Assembly: GCA_020445415.1 (NCBI GenBank)
Contig: JAGRGP010000030.1
Location: forward strand, 14,111-78,110
Direction: 5' to 3'
DNA: 64,000 bases
Origin: Gammaproteobacteria bacterium
GTDB taxonomy: Bacteria; Pseudomonadota; Gammaproteobacteria; Chromatiales; Chromatiaceae
Both the position numbers and the translations under genes were made by a program. The notes below the pieces were generated by a model, which saw only the letters and a list, made by a program, of their open reading frames with translations, was not told where the DNA came from and ran no database searches. The first letter of the stretch is position 1. Each line of letters starts with the position of its first letter. Shown piece by piece: positions 61,007 through 64,000 of this stretch.

Positions 61007-62866
61007 TTAGCTCGCGAGCTTGTGCCCCGCTGCAACGATTTCCGCGCTAAGATCGAACTCCAGATAGACCTCACTCGGGGTATCGGTCGGCATGCGGACA
61101 AAACCGCGCCGCTCAAACACCTTGAGCATCGGCTTGTTCTCCGCGCGCACATAGGCATTCATGACCCTCAGACCCCGCGCCCTGGCGATCTCGATCATGT
61201 GATTAAGCAGTGTGGTAGCCATCCCCTTCCCTTGGTGAATTTCCCTTACCACGAATGCCGCCTCGGCGGAGTTATGAGAGTCAATGAAGTAGTATCTCCC
61301 AACCGCTTCGATCTCCTCCCGGTGTCCATGCCTCCGGACGATACAAAATGCCAGGTCCCGAGCCTGGTCCACGGCCACCAGCGCCGATGCCTTTTCCCGC
61401 GACATCTGTTTCGGATGATGGCTATAGCGCATCAACAAGGTCTCCTTGTTGTGGGAATAGAAGAACTCCTGCAACAAGCGCTCGTCCGCCGGATGTAGAG
61501 GCCTCAAATAGTAATACTGCTCGCCAAACAGCAGTTTCCTGACCTCCACCTTGCCCATTTCCGGAACCGGAGTCGGCTTTTGCTTTTGATAGCCGGGAAC
61601 CCAGTAATGCTTGCGAACCTCGTGGAGCAACTCATCCCTAAAATCCGGATGCGCGACTTGTATCAACTCCAACGCCCGCTCGCGGATACTCTTTCCCCGC
61701 AATGTGGCGATTCCATATTCGGTGACAACATAGTGTACATCGCCCCGGGAGGTCACCACACCGCCCCCCTCCGTGATATAGGGCACGATGCGTGAGACCG
61801 TGCCACCCTTTGCCGTGGAGGGCAGCGCAATGATCGGCTTTCCTCCGTTGCTCATCGCCGCGCCACGGATAAAGTCGACCTGCCCTCCGATGCCGCTGTA
61901 GAAGCGATAACCCAACGAATCAGCCACCACTTGCCCGGTCAAATCAACCTCTATAGCTCCGTTGATGGATACCATATGATCATTGCGGGCGATATTGCCC
62001 GGAGCATTGACATGCTCGGACGGAAAAAACTCGATATGGGGATTTTTATTCACGAAATCATAAAGCCGCTGAGTCCCCATGCAGAAACTGGTAATTGCCT
62101 TGCCCTTATGGAACGTCTTTTTGCGGTTGTTGATCACCCCATTGGTCATCAGATCGACAATCCCATCGCTCAGCATCTCGCTATGGATTCCCAGATCTTT
62201 ATGGTTGCCTAAGTAACGGAGAACCGCATCCGGCAACCTACCGATTCCAAGATGCAGGGTACTGCCATCCTCCACCAGCATCGACACGTATTGCGCGATA
62301 CGCTCGGTAACCTGATCCATCTCCGGCGGGATGAGTTGAAACAGGGGCTCGTCCTGCTCTATCCAAGCATCGATTTCGTTGATGTGAATAAAACTGTGCC
62401 CACAGGTCGACGGCATGCTCGGGTTGATCTGAGCAATTACCCGCTTTGCCGAACGCCAGGCGGCGGATACCACATCCACGGAGATACCGAGGGAACAGAA
62501 GCCGTATCTGTCTGGCGGACTGACCATAATCAGCGCCGCATCCAATGGCAGGATACGCCCCTGAAAAAGACCGGGAATCTCGGAAATAAAGCAAGGCGTA
62601 TAGTCGGCATAGCCGGCAGCCACGGCATCCCTAATTCCGGGGCCGATAAACAAGGCATTGATCTTGAATAGATCGCTGTATTCCCGTCTTGCCCAGGCAT
62701 TTTCACCCATGGTAAGGACGTGAACCACCTCAATATCATGCAAATCGCCCGCATTGGAGATCAGGTCGCCAATCAAGGCATTCGGTACCGCGGCATTGGA
62801 ACCGATAAAAATCCGATCGCCGGATTTGAGCAATGATTTCCAATCAATGAGTGTGTTGCTTGACAT
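61007..62866 (-). CDS. fusion protein: acetyl-CoA hydrolase/transferase-family domain + Pat/PatZ-type GNAT acetyltransferase domain
   Basis: Start ATG 62866 (MSSNTLIDW). The first 440 aa or so resemble the acetyl-CoA hydrolase/CoA-transferase family: GSNAAVP, MVSINGAIEVDLTGQV, SGIGGQVDF. The C-terminal 170 aa are YLRPLHPADERLLQEFF...RY...AEAAFVVREIHQGKGMATTLL...GF, collinear with the PatZ GNAT domain. Confidence 0.75.
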   Translation of the reverse strand: MSSNTLIDWKSLLKSGDRIFIGSNAAVPNALIGDLISNAGDLHDIEVVHVLTMGENAWARREYSDLFKINALFIGPGIRDAVAAGYADYTPCFISEIPGLFQGRILPLDAALIMVSPPDRYGFCSLGISVDVVSAAWRSAKRVIAQINPSMPSTCGHSFIHINEIDAWIEQDEPLFQLIPPEMDQVTERIAQYVSMLVEDGSTLHLGIGRLPDAVLRYLGNHKDLGIHSEMLSDGIVDLMTNGVINNRKKTFHKGKAITSFCMGTQRLYDFVNKNPHIEFFPSEHVNAPGNIARNDHMVSINGAIEVDLTGQVVADSLGYRFYSGIGGQVDFIRGAAMSNGGKPIIALPSTAKGGTVSRIVPYITEGGGVVTSRGDVHYVVTEYGIATLRGKSIRERALELIQVAHPDFRDELLHEVRKHYWVPGYQKQKPTPVPEMGKVEVRKLLFGEQYYYLRPLHPADERLLQEFFYSHNKETLLMRYSHHPKQMSREKASALVAVDQARDLAFCIVRRHGHREEIEAVGRYYFIDSHNSAEAAFVVREIHQGKGMATTLLNHMIEIARARGLRVMNAYVRAENKPMLKVFERRGFVRMPTDTPSEVYLEFDLSAEIVAAGHKLAS

Positions 62867-63059
62867 GTTACTTCTGAGTTCCGGGTACATCAGCACAAGA
62901 TTATGCTGCAGCGCAGTATAACACCTATAGCGGCATATTCATGTCAGAACTTTTGGGGGAATTTTGTACTTTCCACACCGACGTCGATACGGAGCCAACG
63001 AACAGGCTCCCGGAATCTAACCCGGGACTCGAAGCAGGGGCATTACTCCAATGGCGATC

Positions 63060-64000
63060 TCACATTGGCGCAAGATCTTCCAGTGGCCAGCGAGATCTGA
63101 CACTGAAGGAAAGTGGCTCTCGCTGGCCCGCACGCAAGCGGTACCAGCCCGCGAAGGCAATCATCGCGCCATTGTCGGTGCAAAACTCGGGACGTGGATA
63201 ATAGGCCCGCGCCCCTTCTTGGGTCATGGCGTCATGGATTCGCTCTCGCAGACGGCGATTGGCGCTCACCCCCCCTGCCAATACCAACCGTTTTATACCG
63301 GTTTCCCGGACCGCTCGACGGCACTTGATAAGCAGTGTATCCACCACCGCATCCTCGAAGGCTCGCGCAATATCGGCCCTTAAGCCTCCCTCCTCGCCCG
63401 TTAGTTCGGAACTGGAAAGTTCGCGGCTGAACGTATTGATGGCGAAGGTTTTGAGCCCACTGAAACTGAAGTCCAGCCCTGGCCGGTCGGTCATCGGACG
63501 AGGAAACACAAACCTGCCGGGACGGCCATTTTGGGCCAATCGGGACAGCTCGGGCCCTCCCGGATAAGGCAGCCCCAGCAACTTAGCGGTCTTATCGAAT
63601 GCCTCACCCGCCGCGTCATCGAGCGATTCCCCGAGTAACCGGTAATGCCCCACATCGCTAACTTCCACCAATTGCGTGTGGCCACCGGACACCAACAAGG
63701 CGACAAACGGAAAATCCAGCCCGCTTTGCTCCATGAGGGGTGCCAATAAATGCCCCTCCATGTGGTGCACTCCGATACTAGGAATCCCCCAAGCCCAAGC
63801 GAGACTTCTACCCACCGCGCTTCCCACCAGCAGCGCGCCTACCAGCCCCGGCCCGCAAGTATAAGCAATGCCATCGACGTCCCCATGGGAAAGGCTCGCC
63901 TGCGCTAACACGCCCCGAATCAAAGGTAGGGTCTTACGCACGTGATCCCGAGAGGCCAGTTCGGGAACGACCCCGCCAAACTCGGCATGGACGTCCAACT
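63060..64000 (-). CDS. tsaD: tRNA N6-adenosine threonylcarbamoyltransferase (C-terminal about 313 aa; N-terminus beyond the right edge)
   Basis: Motifs [13 protein letters not shown] (read here as [14 protein letters not shown]), [18 protein letters not shown] and LVSGGHT. Confidence 0.93.
   Translation of the reverse strand, partial: LDVHAEFGGVVPELASRDHVRKTLPLIRGVLAQASLSHGDVDGIAYTCGPGLVGALLVGSAVGRSLAWAWGIPSIGVHHMEGHLLAPLMEQSGLDFPFVALLVSGGHTQLVEVSDVGHYRLLGESLDDAAGEAFDKTAKLLGLPYPGGPELSRLAQNGRPGRFVFPRPMTDRPGLDFSFSGLKTFAINTFSRELSSSELTGEEGGLRADIARAFEDAVVDTLLIKCRRAVRETGIKRLVLAGGVSANRRLRERIHDAMTQEGARAYYPRPEFCTDNGAMIAFAGWYRLRAGQREPLSFSVRSRWPLEDLAPM

Overview
Dense, mostly housekeeping chromosomal segment with gammaproteobacterial gene content and synteny. 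It holds about 55 protein genes at roughly 90% coding. I saw no rRNA, tRNA, CRISPR array, transposase, integrase or prophage signature.

Recognisable blocks, left to right:
- argG (partial), an orphan HerA-type ATPase and an alpha/beta hydrolase.
- Pyruvate dehydrogenase operon aceE-aceF-lpdA.
- A secreted Gly/Tyr-rich protein, then mlaA, a TraB/GumN gene, rnt and grxD.
- asnB-like gene coupled to a CopD-like gene.
- Oxidative pentose-phosphate cluster gnd-zwf-pgl, then DUF302 and sodB.
- An MCP, tauE, and two more Gly/Tyr-rich secreted proteins.
- The E. coli-like block rsmI / lpoA-yraN-diaA-dolP, then a glcD-like gene and nhaD.
- prk (phosphoribulokinase), a ydgA-like gene, dxs, a CbbR-type LysR regulator and ltaE.
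- A GST-DUF482-DUF938 operon, DAHP synthase, ppk2, a Sel1 protein and slt.
- rsd plus a large cyclase-like protein.
- An NDUFA9-like SDR, an aminopeptidase and a MidA-like methyltransferase.
- folM / folK-folB / plsY.
- An AMP-forming acyl-CoA synthetase convergent with a CoA-transferase::Pat-type GNAT fusion, then tsaD (partial).

prk, cbbR and the three Sgp-like genes suggest a sulfur-oxidising autotroph that stores sulfur globules. This is inference, not proof.

The items most worth a second look are:
1. The three-member Sgp-like family, including a two-module long form.
2. The rsd plus roughly 817-aa protein pair, where the large protein carries a divergent class III cyclase-like domain.
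3. The CoA-transferase::Pat-like GNAT fusion next to an acyl-CoA synthetase that keeps its A10 lysine.
4. The partner-less HerA ATPase.

All functional calls come from reading the translated ORFs against remembered family motifs. No database search was run.
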